DNA of 64,000 nt from Carcharhinus amblyrhynchos (Eukaryota). The position numbers and the translations under genes are program-made. Below the pieces are notes generated by a model. It did no database searches. It was not told the origin of the DNA and saw only the letters and a program-made list of their open reading frames with translations. Below are positions 25,001-37,000 of the stretch, piece after piece. The stretch spans positions 132,060,001-132,124,000 of the forward strand of contig OZ336870.1 of NCBI GenBank assembly GCA_965287045.1. The letters run 5' to 3'. Numbering within the stretch: position 1 is the first letter of the stretch; every line of letters begins with the position of its first letter.

Positions 25001-28000
25001 CGAGTCTCCACCAACTCTCTGACAGAGTATCTGACCCAGGCCCCCTCCTCTGCCCTATTCCTGTAACCCCGCATATTCATCATGGCCAATCCACCTGACC
25101 AGCATAATTTTGGGCACTAAGAAGCAATTTAACATGGCCAAATCTACCTAAATCGCACATGTTTGGAGTGTGGGAGGAAACCAGAACACCCAGAGGAAAA
25201 ACACACAGTCAACAAGGCCGGAATTGAACCCAGGTCCCTGATTTGATTTGATTTATTATTGGCACATGTATTAGTATACAGTGAAAAGTATTGTTTCTTG
25301 CGTATTGTACAGATAAGGCATACTTTCATAGAGAAGGAAACAAGAGTGCAGTATGTAGTGTTACAGTCATAGAATGAAGTTTTAGAAGCATGTAACGAGA
25401 GCAAAAGATAGAATTATAAGGTATGCTAGGTGCAGCTTTCAAGAAGTCACCTTGCTCCGGTGCCATGTTTGGGGGGGAGGGGGAGAAAGGTGACACCTGA
25501 GGCAGACTGCTAACCATTGTGCCACCATGCTGTAGAGAACAATAATAGAAACATAGAAACTGGAAGCTGAAGTAGACTGTTCAACTCTTCGATCCTGCTG
25601 TGCCATTCATTATGATCATGGTTGATCGTCAGATTCAATATCCTGATTTCCCCCCACCCCATCCCTTGAGTCCCACGAGTTATAGAAACAACTTACTGAT
25701 GCACATATGGATTTTGAATACCTTCATTAATTCACACTCAGGATGGGAGGGGATTTTATCAAGTGTTGCTTATCAAAGTAAGGAATATCCCCACTGAGAA
25801 ACAATTTATTTTCCCATTTCTGTCATCTAATATCTACATTTAGCATAACCAAGTCAGATTCCTCTACTTATCAATGTAGCTTAATCTGAGTCTTAGAAAT
25901 ATACCTCAGCCTGAACCAAGGTGATGTTTCTTTTTCATATACCAACCTTGAATGTGGTTTCCAAATGTTGGCAATTTATTGCAATTTTGTAGCCCAAAAA
26001 TTGGCTGATAATACCCTAACCTCCTTTAAAATAGATCCTAACAGTCAACGTACAGAAGTGATTTTCACTCCAAAAGAACATGGTTAAATTTCAGAAACGA
26101 GAGTAGTGTGTAATTATTGCACTGTCCCATTAAAATTTGCACCGTTGATATTTTAGTGCATCGACATTACTGCAATCCCCAAGTTAAATAAATCGAGCCC
26201 TTCTTAAATTGCTTGAATCTGAGAAAACAGTGGTGAGCAAGTATCAGTGAGCAATTCCAGTACTGAGGGCTAACTCATTTTCACTGACCCACTGAAAGGT
26301 ATTGTATGTGAGGCCACAGTAACTGTGGAAATCTGAGGAAAATCAATGCCCAAGATGCTAATTTGTAAGTACATCACTGTCCTGCCAAAAAAAATCACTG
26401 GGCCTATTTGTTCCTACTAAACAGATACTGTTGATTTGAATGAATGTTTCCATTAACAGTTCTCTGCAGTAGAAGCAAATTAGTATTTTATCAGATTCTT
26501 TGTTTTCTCCTGATTCTGTTATTTAGCATCAATTCGCACATCGTCGCAGACTGAACTGCGGAGAGAAAGAAGGTATGAAGCTTATTTTTGTCTGTTTAAA
26601 ATTGATATTGCCCCTTACTTTATTTCATCTTTCACTCCTCCAATCTTGCTCACACACTTAGTGTAGCTGGAAGGACAGGTGGTTGAATGTGTACCCATAT
26701 TCTGGTAGCATTAATATGAACCAGATATTGGAAAGGGTGGGATTCCTTCCAATTTTTTTATTCCGTGAACCCGAAGCCAAGCGCTTCTCCATAGCATGAT
26801 GACTAGTATTGGGTGGGATCAAATCTACTTCCTAATAAGCATCCTTTACTGCTTCAAATCAAGGCCCAAAATTGTACAGTTCTGTTTTAAAGACTGTGGT
26901 GCATGTCAGTGTGATTACATAACATAATAAGAACATAAGAAATAGGAGCAGGAGTAGGCCATCTAGCCCTTCGAGCCTGCCCCGCCATTCAATAAGATCA
27001 TGGCTGATCTGTCGTGGCTCAGTTCCACATTCCCGCCCTCTCCCCATAACCCTTAATCCCCTCGCTTATCAAAAACCCATCAAACCGCGTCTTAAAAATA
27101 TTTAGCGAGGCAGCCTCCACCACTTCAACGGGCAGGGAATTCCAGAGATAACTGAACATAGCATGCACTTCACCAAATGGTGAGCAAAGTATTGAATTAG
27201 TTTGTCTGTTTCTTTTTGTTCATTGACTGGACTTGTACTTTACAGCATAGTTCACTGGATTGGGAGTGGGAACTTCAGTTGCTTTATTTCCTTCGGTCTC
27301 GGGGCACAGATACTAATTATTACGGCTGATGCCTTCATGGATGAGATCAATTAATTGGGCACGTAACTGAATTTTAAGATTTGCACATTTGTTTGTTCAA
27401 CTATTTCTATTTTTGTAACTGTCTATGGAACAAGTAAGGGAATTCGTTATTGTAGTTCACAGCCATATGGTGGGATGTTTTCTCTCAACACCACTATGTT
27501 TAAAGTTTATTTATTAGTGTCTTAGATAGGCTTACATTCACAGTTTTATTGCACTGTGAATGTAAGTTTCTGTGAAAATCCCTTAATCGCCACACTCTGG
27601 CACCTGTTCAGGTACACTGTGGAACTAGATCTAACAACCATTTGTGTATCGAGAGATATGCCTCTTTAGTTCTACATTTCTGGGTCACTGAAAGTATGTT
27701 TCCATCTCCTCTCAGGCGGCCAGACATTACAGTCATAGCTGCAGAGCCTATAGGACCAAGCTCTTGGTATCCAGGTTCACCAGGGAACTGTGCAACTTCT
27801 GCTGGGCTGGGACTTCCATACCCACGGACTCTCTGGAGAATTGATGAACCTGTTGCAGCAGAAGTAAGGAATTAGTTTGTACAAGAGCTTGATCTTATTT
27901 GAGAATTACTTTTGCTGAGATTATGTTGATGGGATATTCATTTTTTGAACTTTGGTTGCAGCCTCCACCATCCTATGAGCAGGTAATCAGAGAAATCAAT

Positions 28001-31000
28001 CAACAGCCAGTGGCCAGACAAGCTGCCCCAAGGCGTTCAACAACTACCATATCGACACAGACTGAATTCAACCAGGACATTGAGAATTTTGAGACGAGGA
28101 GTGCTGATGCTGATTTTGCAAGTTTGAGAGGGAACACTCCTGTGACAGGTAGAAAAGCACGATGTTCTTCATAGCCTATATAATTCAAGGGCAGAATAAG
28201 ACTAATGCTTGCTCTGAATAAAATCAGTATCTATAATTAGTGGCATGGTAATAACAAATTTGCAACAATAAGTAGCAAATTAGGTGTAACACTTGTCATT
28301 ATGGGTAGGAACGTAAGATCCCTTTTGAGGACCATGGAGTTTTGATTACAGTCAAGGTTTTGAGCAGTTGGGTCATTCTGAATGTAGCTGATTTGGATCA
28401 GAGGTCTGCGTAGATGTCAGTTTTCCTACATGTATTAGTTTGTGTATCCAATTTTCTACTGTTCAACTTGCTAGAGTCACATGTTATTCTCTGGCAAGAC
28501 TTGTAAGTTGACAAACTGATTGCTCGCCATGATATAGAGGGGAGGGTTGTCCTTACAAGAATTGAATATTATATCAGTTTAAAGAAAAAATACTGTGGAT
28601 GCAAGATTCTGAAACAAAAACAAAAAATGCTGGAGAAACTCAGCACGTCTGACAGCATCCGTGGAGAGAGAGAGACAGAATAGAACCAGTGATTCAAGCC
28701 TGGATGACCCTTTTGTCAGAGCTCGACTTTGATACTTGGTTTTACACAAAAATGTATTTTATTGTGTTTTTATCTCAAAATTTTCCTTTTGACTTCTTTA
28801 GCTGTAGCTAATGATGGGATGGGTGCAACCAGCAGTTTCCCATTAACTTATTTCAGGAATGTCAATGTTGGACAGTGGAACAGAAAACAACTATAGTCAA
28901 TCATATTTTCATTGGACATGTACATGCATTTATTGCAAGGGCTACAAGGAATGTGAACCAATTCTCATTCCCAGCCAAAAACACAGAGGTCAAGTGCAGC
29001 ACAATCTTCTAGTTTTTCTTCTTGTTGCTGGAGCAGGTGAGAAAGAAGGGCTGTGAACGTGCTCTTTACACAGCTTTTCTTGCAATATTGTACAGCACTT
29101 AAGAAGAAATAAATCCTGGAGTGCCCCACTCCATCATATTGGTGGGCAGGGCCTGAAAGAGCTGGCAACATTGATGTTCCAGAGATATTCCAAAGATGTC
29201 CTTTTGGGGTGTCCCTATAATAACTCGAATAAGTTTAATAATTCAATTGAATGCGAGGTTACAGACATGTCTTCACTCATATAAAAGCAAATTACTGTGG
29301 ATGCTGGAATCTGAAACAAAAAGAGAAAATGCTGGAAAATCTCAACAGGTCTGGCAGCATCTATAAGGAGAGAAAAGAGCTGATCTTTCAAATCCAGATA
29401 ACCCTTTGTCAAAGCAGATGACAAACTTTGACAAAGGGTTGTCTGGACTCAAACCATCAGCTCTTTTCTCTCCTTACAGATGGTGGCAAATCTGCTGAGA
29501 TTTTCCAGCATTTTACCTTTTGAGCCCTTCATCCATGATGCTGTACTTCAGACTATCCTTTTTTAAAAGAAATTAGTTTTAGTGAAGAGGTAGTACTCAA
29601 AGAAAAAGAATTAGATTGAAGTTTGATCAATCCCCTGGACAAGATGAGCTGCATCCCAGAGCGTTGAAGGAGATGGCTAAAGAGATGGTGAATGTATTAG
29701 TGATTATCCTTCAAGATTCTATAGATTCTGGGAAGATTCCTGCAGTCCATCGCTGAATCCCCTACTATCAACATCCTGGCAGTTACTATTGACCAGCAAC
29801 TGAACAGGACTAGCCATATAAATACTGTGGCTACTAGAGCAAGTCAGAGGTTAGGAATCTGACAGTGTGTAATTTACTCCTGACTCTGCAAAGTCTGTCC
29901 ACAATCTACAAGGCACAAGTCAGAAATGTGATGGAATATTTTCCACATGCCTGGATGAGTGCAGTGTACACCAACCAGGACAAAGCAGCCCACTTGATGG
30001 GCACCCCATCCACAAACATTCAATCCCTCCACTGCTAACACACAGTGGCAGCAGTGTGTGTCATCCACAAGATGCACTGCAGGAACTCACCAAGGCTCCT
30101 GAGAAAGCACCTTCCAAACCCATGACCATTACCATCTGGAAGGAGAAGACACATTGGAACACTGCCATCTCAAATTCCCAAGCCATCCATCATCCTGACT
30201 TGGAAATATATTGCTGTTCCTTCAGTGTCACTGGGTCAAAATCCTGGAACTCGCTCCCCAACAGCACTGTGGGTGTACAGGTTGTGCAGCAGTTTAAGAA
30301 AGCAATTCACCACCACCTTCGAGGACAATTAGGGATGGGCAATAAATGCCAGGGTGACACATCCCACAAATAAAACAAAATATTGGAAAGTAGGAAATAT
30401 AACCCCATTATTTAAGAAGGGAGGGAGAGAGACAGTGGAAAACTACGGATATGTTAGTCTGACATCAGTAACAGGGGAAATGTTAGAAGGATTATGAAAG
30501 ATGTGATAACTAGACAATTGGAAAATAATACAATATGGCAGAGTCCACATGGATTTATGAAAGGGAGATCATGTATTTGTCACTTGTAGCATAGATAAAT
30601 GAGAACCAGTCAATTTGGATTTTCAGAAGGCTTTAGATACGATTCCACACAGGAAGGTAGGAGTACTTGGGATTCGGAGTAATATATTGATGCAGATGAG
30701 CAGAATGGCCTACTTTCTCCTGTTTTTCATGATTTTCGTGTTCTAATGAGTCATTACTGATGGAGATATTGTTAGGTGAATAATAGGGACGTAGTGAATT
30801 GATATGTTCATGGGGCTAGTGGTAGCTTTGATAGGCAAGGGCATTTGAAGAAGTGTTTGCAGTTATTAAACTTCTGCATCCAGTTCCTTTGGAGCTAAAT
30901 TCCTAGTACTGAACTCTGCCACTATCTGTTGTCTTTGCCTTCTGGGCATGTGTCTAGAGGATGTTTGGATTCTTCTTTATTAAAAAAAAAAGTAGGATAT

Positions 31001-34000
31001 CTCTTTTTACCTTTTCCATCAGGACCTCTAGTGTAGCATCTGAAATCTTTGACGCACGCTCTGTCTGATGGTCATTCATTACTGATACTTCTGCAGATAA
31101 TACTTAGAATGATCTCAGTGACATGAGCAGCCACAATGTACTACCCATGAGGAGGTGCAGTCTAACTCTAAGTAGTGTTGGACCTAATTATTTGGCCACC
31201 ACTAATGTGTGCAGCCAATAAAGAACACAAAGTATTGGCTGCATAGAGCAATCATAGAAATGAACAGGAATCAGAAAAGTTGCTATCCTGCTAACCACTG
31301 GGTATAGGTTAATAGGATTCTTGCTCCTAATTCTGGGGATTGTCCAATTTAAATCTAAACCAGGAGGGATAAATTAAAATATTTCATTAAATCTAATATC
31401 ATGTACAGGATATGAAATAAAAAGTGAGAAAGAGATATGAAATTAAGAAAAAGATGTTCAGGACAGAAAATAAATTTAAAAGAAAAGAAATATATATATA
31501 TACACAATATATTTTGTAATCTCCAACAATGTTTACATTTTACAGGATGAGACTCGCATGTGCGCCAGTCCAGTTTTCAGAGCTAGTGAGATTATTTGGC
31601 AGTAATTCAGACTTAAAAACGTTTTCTCCTGCAAACACTAGCCTTATTTCAAATAAGTAACTCGTGGAAATTATTGCAACTTTTATGCTCTGTATTTTGT
31701 GATGAATATATTAGTGAGATGCTGCTGTAACAAATCTTATGGAAAGACAAGGCATCAGACATCAACTTTCAGATTTCCACTTTTATTTGTGGACACCAGA
31801 TGTTGCTGTCAGATCTGCTCCATAACAATGAGCACTGATAGCCAGACCATTTTCTCACTCTAAAATATTCATGCTTTCAGAGGATTAGAGTTGAGAATCT
31901 AAGCAAACCACTTCAGCATCATTTTTGGGCACCAAGATCATAGATTGTAATTCATATTCTTTTGTTTTTAATATGCTTTATGATTTTTAATTTTTCACCC
32001 ATTAGTATAAACATACAACCTTTTGGTGTAACCTGACTGCAACGTATATAATCTGCAGCAATTGTCCAAGACTACTTTGGCAGCACCTTCCAAACCTGCG
32101 ATCTCCATCAACTAGAACGATCAGGGCAGCACGTGCATGGAAACACCATCACCTCTAACGTCCTCTCCAAGTGAAATGCCAACCTAACTCGGCTGCTTGG
32201 CCATATATCACTGTACCTTTAATACCCCCTAATTTCCTACCTAATGAAATTGTGCAGGTAGCTTCAGGGAACAGGCTGCAGTATTTAAGAAAGAGGTCCA
32301 CCACTACCCGAAGGGCTACTAGGAATGGGCAAAAGTTGACAATCTTGCCAATGACCTCCAAATCCCAAAAGTAAATTTTCAAAAAAATTATGTATGTTTG
32401 TCTATTCTTTAAATAGCTTGTTTTTAACTCATTTTGTATCTCTTTTGTTCTAGATCAGAGACCAGTGAAACCTGCCAGACCAGCTGTGTGCCTTATTCCT
32501 ATTCGACCTGTAGAAACTGAAGAACCTTTGATTTCGATAGAAAGTAATTCCAGTCAGGATCAAAGTGTTCAAACAAACACTAATGCTGTGGAGCGACCCA
32601 TACCAAGGCCCAGGTCCTTAGGTAACTTCAAGTTACTTTTTGAAGAACCGCAAAGTAAAACTTCTGAGGGAGAAGATAAAGAAAGTGGTGTTGTACGTGG
32701 GCCAACATTGTGCCAAAAGCTAACAACAGAAGATAAATTTGCCAACCAGGAAACAATGGGAGATAACAGTGGACACAGCTTCCTTGCCAGGATAAAGGCA
32801 TTTGAAACACCAACAGATTCTGAAAGTTCCACTGGTAACATACGGCCATCAAAAAGACCAGAAGTTGCTCCACGATCTTTCGGGCCAAAGCCTGCGGTGG
32901 TCTGTGGAAAACCCTCTGTTGCTCCCAAACCTTCTGCAGCTGACAAGAATTCAGGGGGATCTGATAAGGTGGCTGAAACAAAACCTGTAGCAGCAGAGAG
33001 GCATGGGCCAATCCTCCTTCCAAAACCACACAAGTTGTCTGCAACTGCTAGACCCAAGCCAGAGCCACCCAAGAAACCAAAATCCAATACCTCCGCGGAG
33101 TTAAAACAGAGCAATGGAAGTAACAATCCTTTAGATCCTGGGGAGGAAGTATGTCCAGCTACTGTCATGCCTCAGAAAGAAAGACTTCCTGATAGAAGGA
33201 ATCAAGTTCCTGTTCCAGCACCAAGGCCTACAGTGGCAAAAAGGACCATTTCTGAAAACCGTGAAGCATCTTTTACAGCACTTAAACCTCCTGTTTCTAG
33301 ACCTTCAGTGTTACCCATAACAAAGGCCTCCGTGATACAGGTTGAAAAATCTTCAACCAACAAACATGCAGCTTCTCCCGATATGATTTCAAGCTCACAA
33401 GATCTGATAAGTTTTGATGATGATGATATTGTACCTGCTATCCCAACAGGAGATAATGTGACCTCTCTAGTGACAGTAGGTAATGAAATGTTAGCTTGGG
33501 TTTTCTCTAGACTGCATTGTATGCACTCCTTGCTTGTACAGAAAGAGAAGGTAGCATGTGAGCTCTTGAGGATTATTTTCTTCTCAATTGTTTGCCTCTT
33601 TCTTCAAAAGTGGCAGATTATCAATAGTTTCCAGTAGCCTTCTGGTACCTTGTACATTAGATCATGTGAAGCCAGCCAATGAGTACTAGAAAGTTATTGG
33701 ACCACGGAGAGCATTACAGTGAAGGCCAGTCCTCTCCTCACCCAACTTCGACATCTATACATGTCTGACAAGGTTTATCCATCAGATGGCAGTTAGGATC
33801 AGGAACTCAAGCCAAATTATTTATTTTGCCTCAACTCCCACCCTCTGTCTAAGAGCTCTTAATGTTAATTGTAACATGCATAGTGCTTCCCTAACTATTG
33901 CAACACAGACCACCTTTCTGGATTATGTACCTGAACTAATTGTATCTTTAATCTGCTAAACCACTGAACACCAATTTACTTTAAAGGAAGATTTTACTGA

Positions 34001-37000
34001 TATCCTGTAAATAACTAGGCTATATGACTAGACTATCACACTGTCTTCCACTGCCCTCTGCCACATTTTTCATCTGTAGTATATATGTTCCCTTTGCCTT
34101 GTAAATTCCCTCAAGCAATCAGTCTGTCCTGAAACCTTTGTAATTTCAGTTCCCATTGTTCGGAAGTTGGAGAGTTCCAAGTTAATTCCTTCAAATTTCC
34201 CTTCCCTTTTCGCTTAGGTTTAACTACCTGGTTTCCACTTGATGCTTTGTTGAGAGGGAAATTGCAGGCATGAAACTAAGCAAAAGCTCTTCATGGAGAA
34301 CTTTTAAGGAGAATTTTAAACTCTACTATACCCAATTCTATTAATCTCTAAGCATTTATTACAGAAGAGCCTAGAAATTCCCTTTCTTGACTTGGCCTTC
34401 TGATCCTCTTAGCAGCCTGAGAGCTGATGTTGTCTCAACATTTTCTATTCCACTTTGCCAGTGAGCTGCCTGTTAATATTTGTAGCATCCTGACCAACGA
34501 TGGTGATGAGGCCTCAGGTCTAATATACATCTCTAGTCTCACTATTAAAGTGCAAGAATTGTTCCCAGACTCCTTGCCCCTACCCCACTCGTCCAAAAGT
34601 GAGCACACCCAAATTTCTACATCCACAATGAACAGAAGCTTTGAACACTTAATTGTTTAAAAATTATGCACATGTTTAAAAACTTACTGGGAAACAAAAA
34701 GTAGTGATTTTCAAGTGAATTAGTTTAAATCCCATTCCACAACTTGAGCATGAAAACCAAGCTGACGCTTCAAAAGTGTAAACTAAATGTCATCTGTCGG
34801 TTAAGGTGGATATAAATGCTTCCACAGTCATGGCCAACATTTATTCTTCAGTCAATACCACTAAAATAAAGAGTAAGGTTATTTTTATCTCAGCTATACA
34901 GAGCCCTGCTTAGACTCTACCAGCTGTTCTAGACCCCACACCTCAGAAGAATATATTGGTATTGTGGGAAGAGCAGTGTAGAGTTACCAAAATGATATCT
35001 GGACACAATTAAATTAATGGAAGCAATTATAAACTAGGGTTGTGTTCCCTTGAATTAGAAGACTAAGGGTGATTTGATCAAAGTTTTTGAGATATCAAGT
35101 GGAACAGATAGGGCCAATGGAAACTATTCCTATGAGTCTTGGATAAAGGGGCATGGTCTGAAGCTTAGAGCTAATCTGTTCAGCGGTGAAGTTAGGAAAT
35201 ATTTCTATTTGCTAAGTGTGGAATTAGTTTGGAACTTTCTTCCTCCCAAAGCAATTGACGTGAGGTGAATTGTTAATTTTAAATCTAAGATTGATGCCTT
35301 AATTCTTTTGATTAATAAAAATGTATGCATGACAAAGACAGGTATTTTGAAGTAGGTCTCAGGTCAGCCATGATCTCACTGAAGGGTGGACGACACTTTA
35401 GGGGCTAAATGGCCTAATCTGTATCCCTTTGTTTGTGGGACCCTACTTAAAGCAAGCTGGCTGTTGCATGGTGGTGCAGTGGTTAGCACCGCTATCTCAC
35501 AATGCTCAGGTGACTCTCTTTATGGAGTTTGCACATACTCTGTGTGTCTGTGTGGATTTCCTCTAGGTGCTCATGTTTCCTCCCACAGTCCAAAGATGTG
35601 TGGGTTAGGTTGGCCATGCTGAATTGCCCCTTAATGTCAGGGGAATTAGCAGGGTTATTTAGTGGGCTTACAGGAATAGGGCCTGGGTGGGATTGTTGAG
35701 GGTGCAGGCTTGATGGGCCAACTGGCCTCCTTCTGCACTGTAGGGATTCAATGCAAGGTTCTATTCCATTTTCTATAATAATATCTGCATTTGCAAAAAT
35801 AAATCACAGATCGTAAAGCACTTCAAGACATCACAAGAAAGTGAAGTACACCACACAAATCGTGCATGATCAGTGCTGGGTGATTTTAGAAGATGGTGAC
35901 AGATGAAGGGCATATTCAGATTTAATATTTAACATTTTCCCTGTACTATTTTCTGTCCTAACAGATCCTTTTCAGACTTTACCTAGAGGTCAGAAGGCAC
36001 CCACAGATACTACATCAAATCGGCCACCTATATTGCGTAAACCAACAGTAATTCGCATACCTAACAAACTAGATAAAGGTAAGTGCTCTTTGCTCACACA
36101 TTTGAGGCTTCTTATTGTTCTCTTCCTCACCATGTTTTTTGTGTGGTAAGTTTTAGAATTGCCACCTTTTGCCCAATCCACGTTGCGCAACAACAATCAG
36201 GAGTTTGTCACTGGAAAGTGTTGGAACTTGCATCATTTCAGTGGGAAAATGTGATATTGTTAGATAGTTTGGATAAGCTGAAATTCAGCAGAATTTCTGT
36301 TTGTGTCATTTAAATTTTGGCTCGCAAGATGTGTGCGCTGTAAAGTTAACTTTTCATCGAGTGTATCCTGACTGTGCTTTCTTGTTTCTATCACTAGCAT
36401 CTTCTGAAGACATTGAAAGTCCACCCCCTCTCCCTGTGGAGACTCCTGTTGGCAATTTACTTGCACAGAGGCCCAGCATTGCGCCCAAGACTGCAGTTGA
36501 GGTAAGACTCACATTTCCTACATACTTGCTTTCAGAATTTACATGTTTTTATCGTTATAAAAATAATTCATTTTTATGGTTCATTGAAGCAATGATATTT
36601 TTTCTATACAGAATGAGAAGCTGAAAGGTGCAGTTTGTACAGTGGATATAGGCTGACCCAGTAATGATGAGCTAGTGACAGTCATTATCGTGATGGAAAA
36701 TAATTTGTATCTCATTGACCCTCTACATAGTTCAAACAAAATATATTAAGTAATTAGTTGTAAATGTGCATTAAAGTATTGCCTAAATGCATCTGAGAGG
36801 GTTTTGCCAGTTTTTACCTCAAAAGAAATACCTGGAAGAGTTCCGTATCACCGGCTGCTGTACTGCTGCTTTTTCTGACCCACTGCTCATTACGCATGAG
36901 CCCGGTTAGTGACTGTGAACAGTCTGCTCAGGCTTATATTTCACTCATGTCCCACCCTCAGTTATAAGGAGTCAGTGGTATTCAATACTTTTTTATCCTT

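Noticed and set aside
26573-26580. U12-type intron (donor begins gtat)
   Set aside because: The donor is GTATGAAG, not GTATCCTT; an ordinary U2 intron.
32569-33168. 199-aa minus-strand ORF
   Set aside because: Shadow of the Pro/Ser-rich SH3D19 exon; no domain or splice support.
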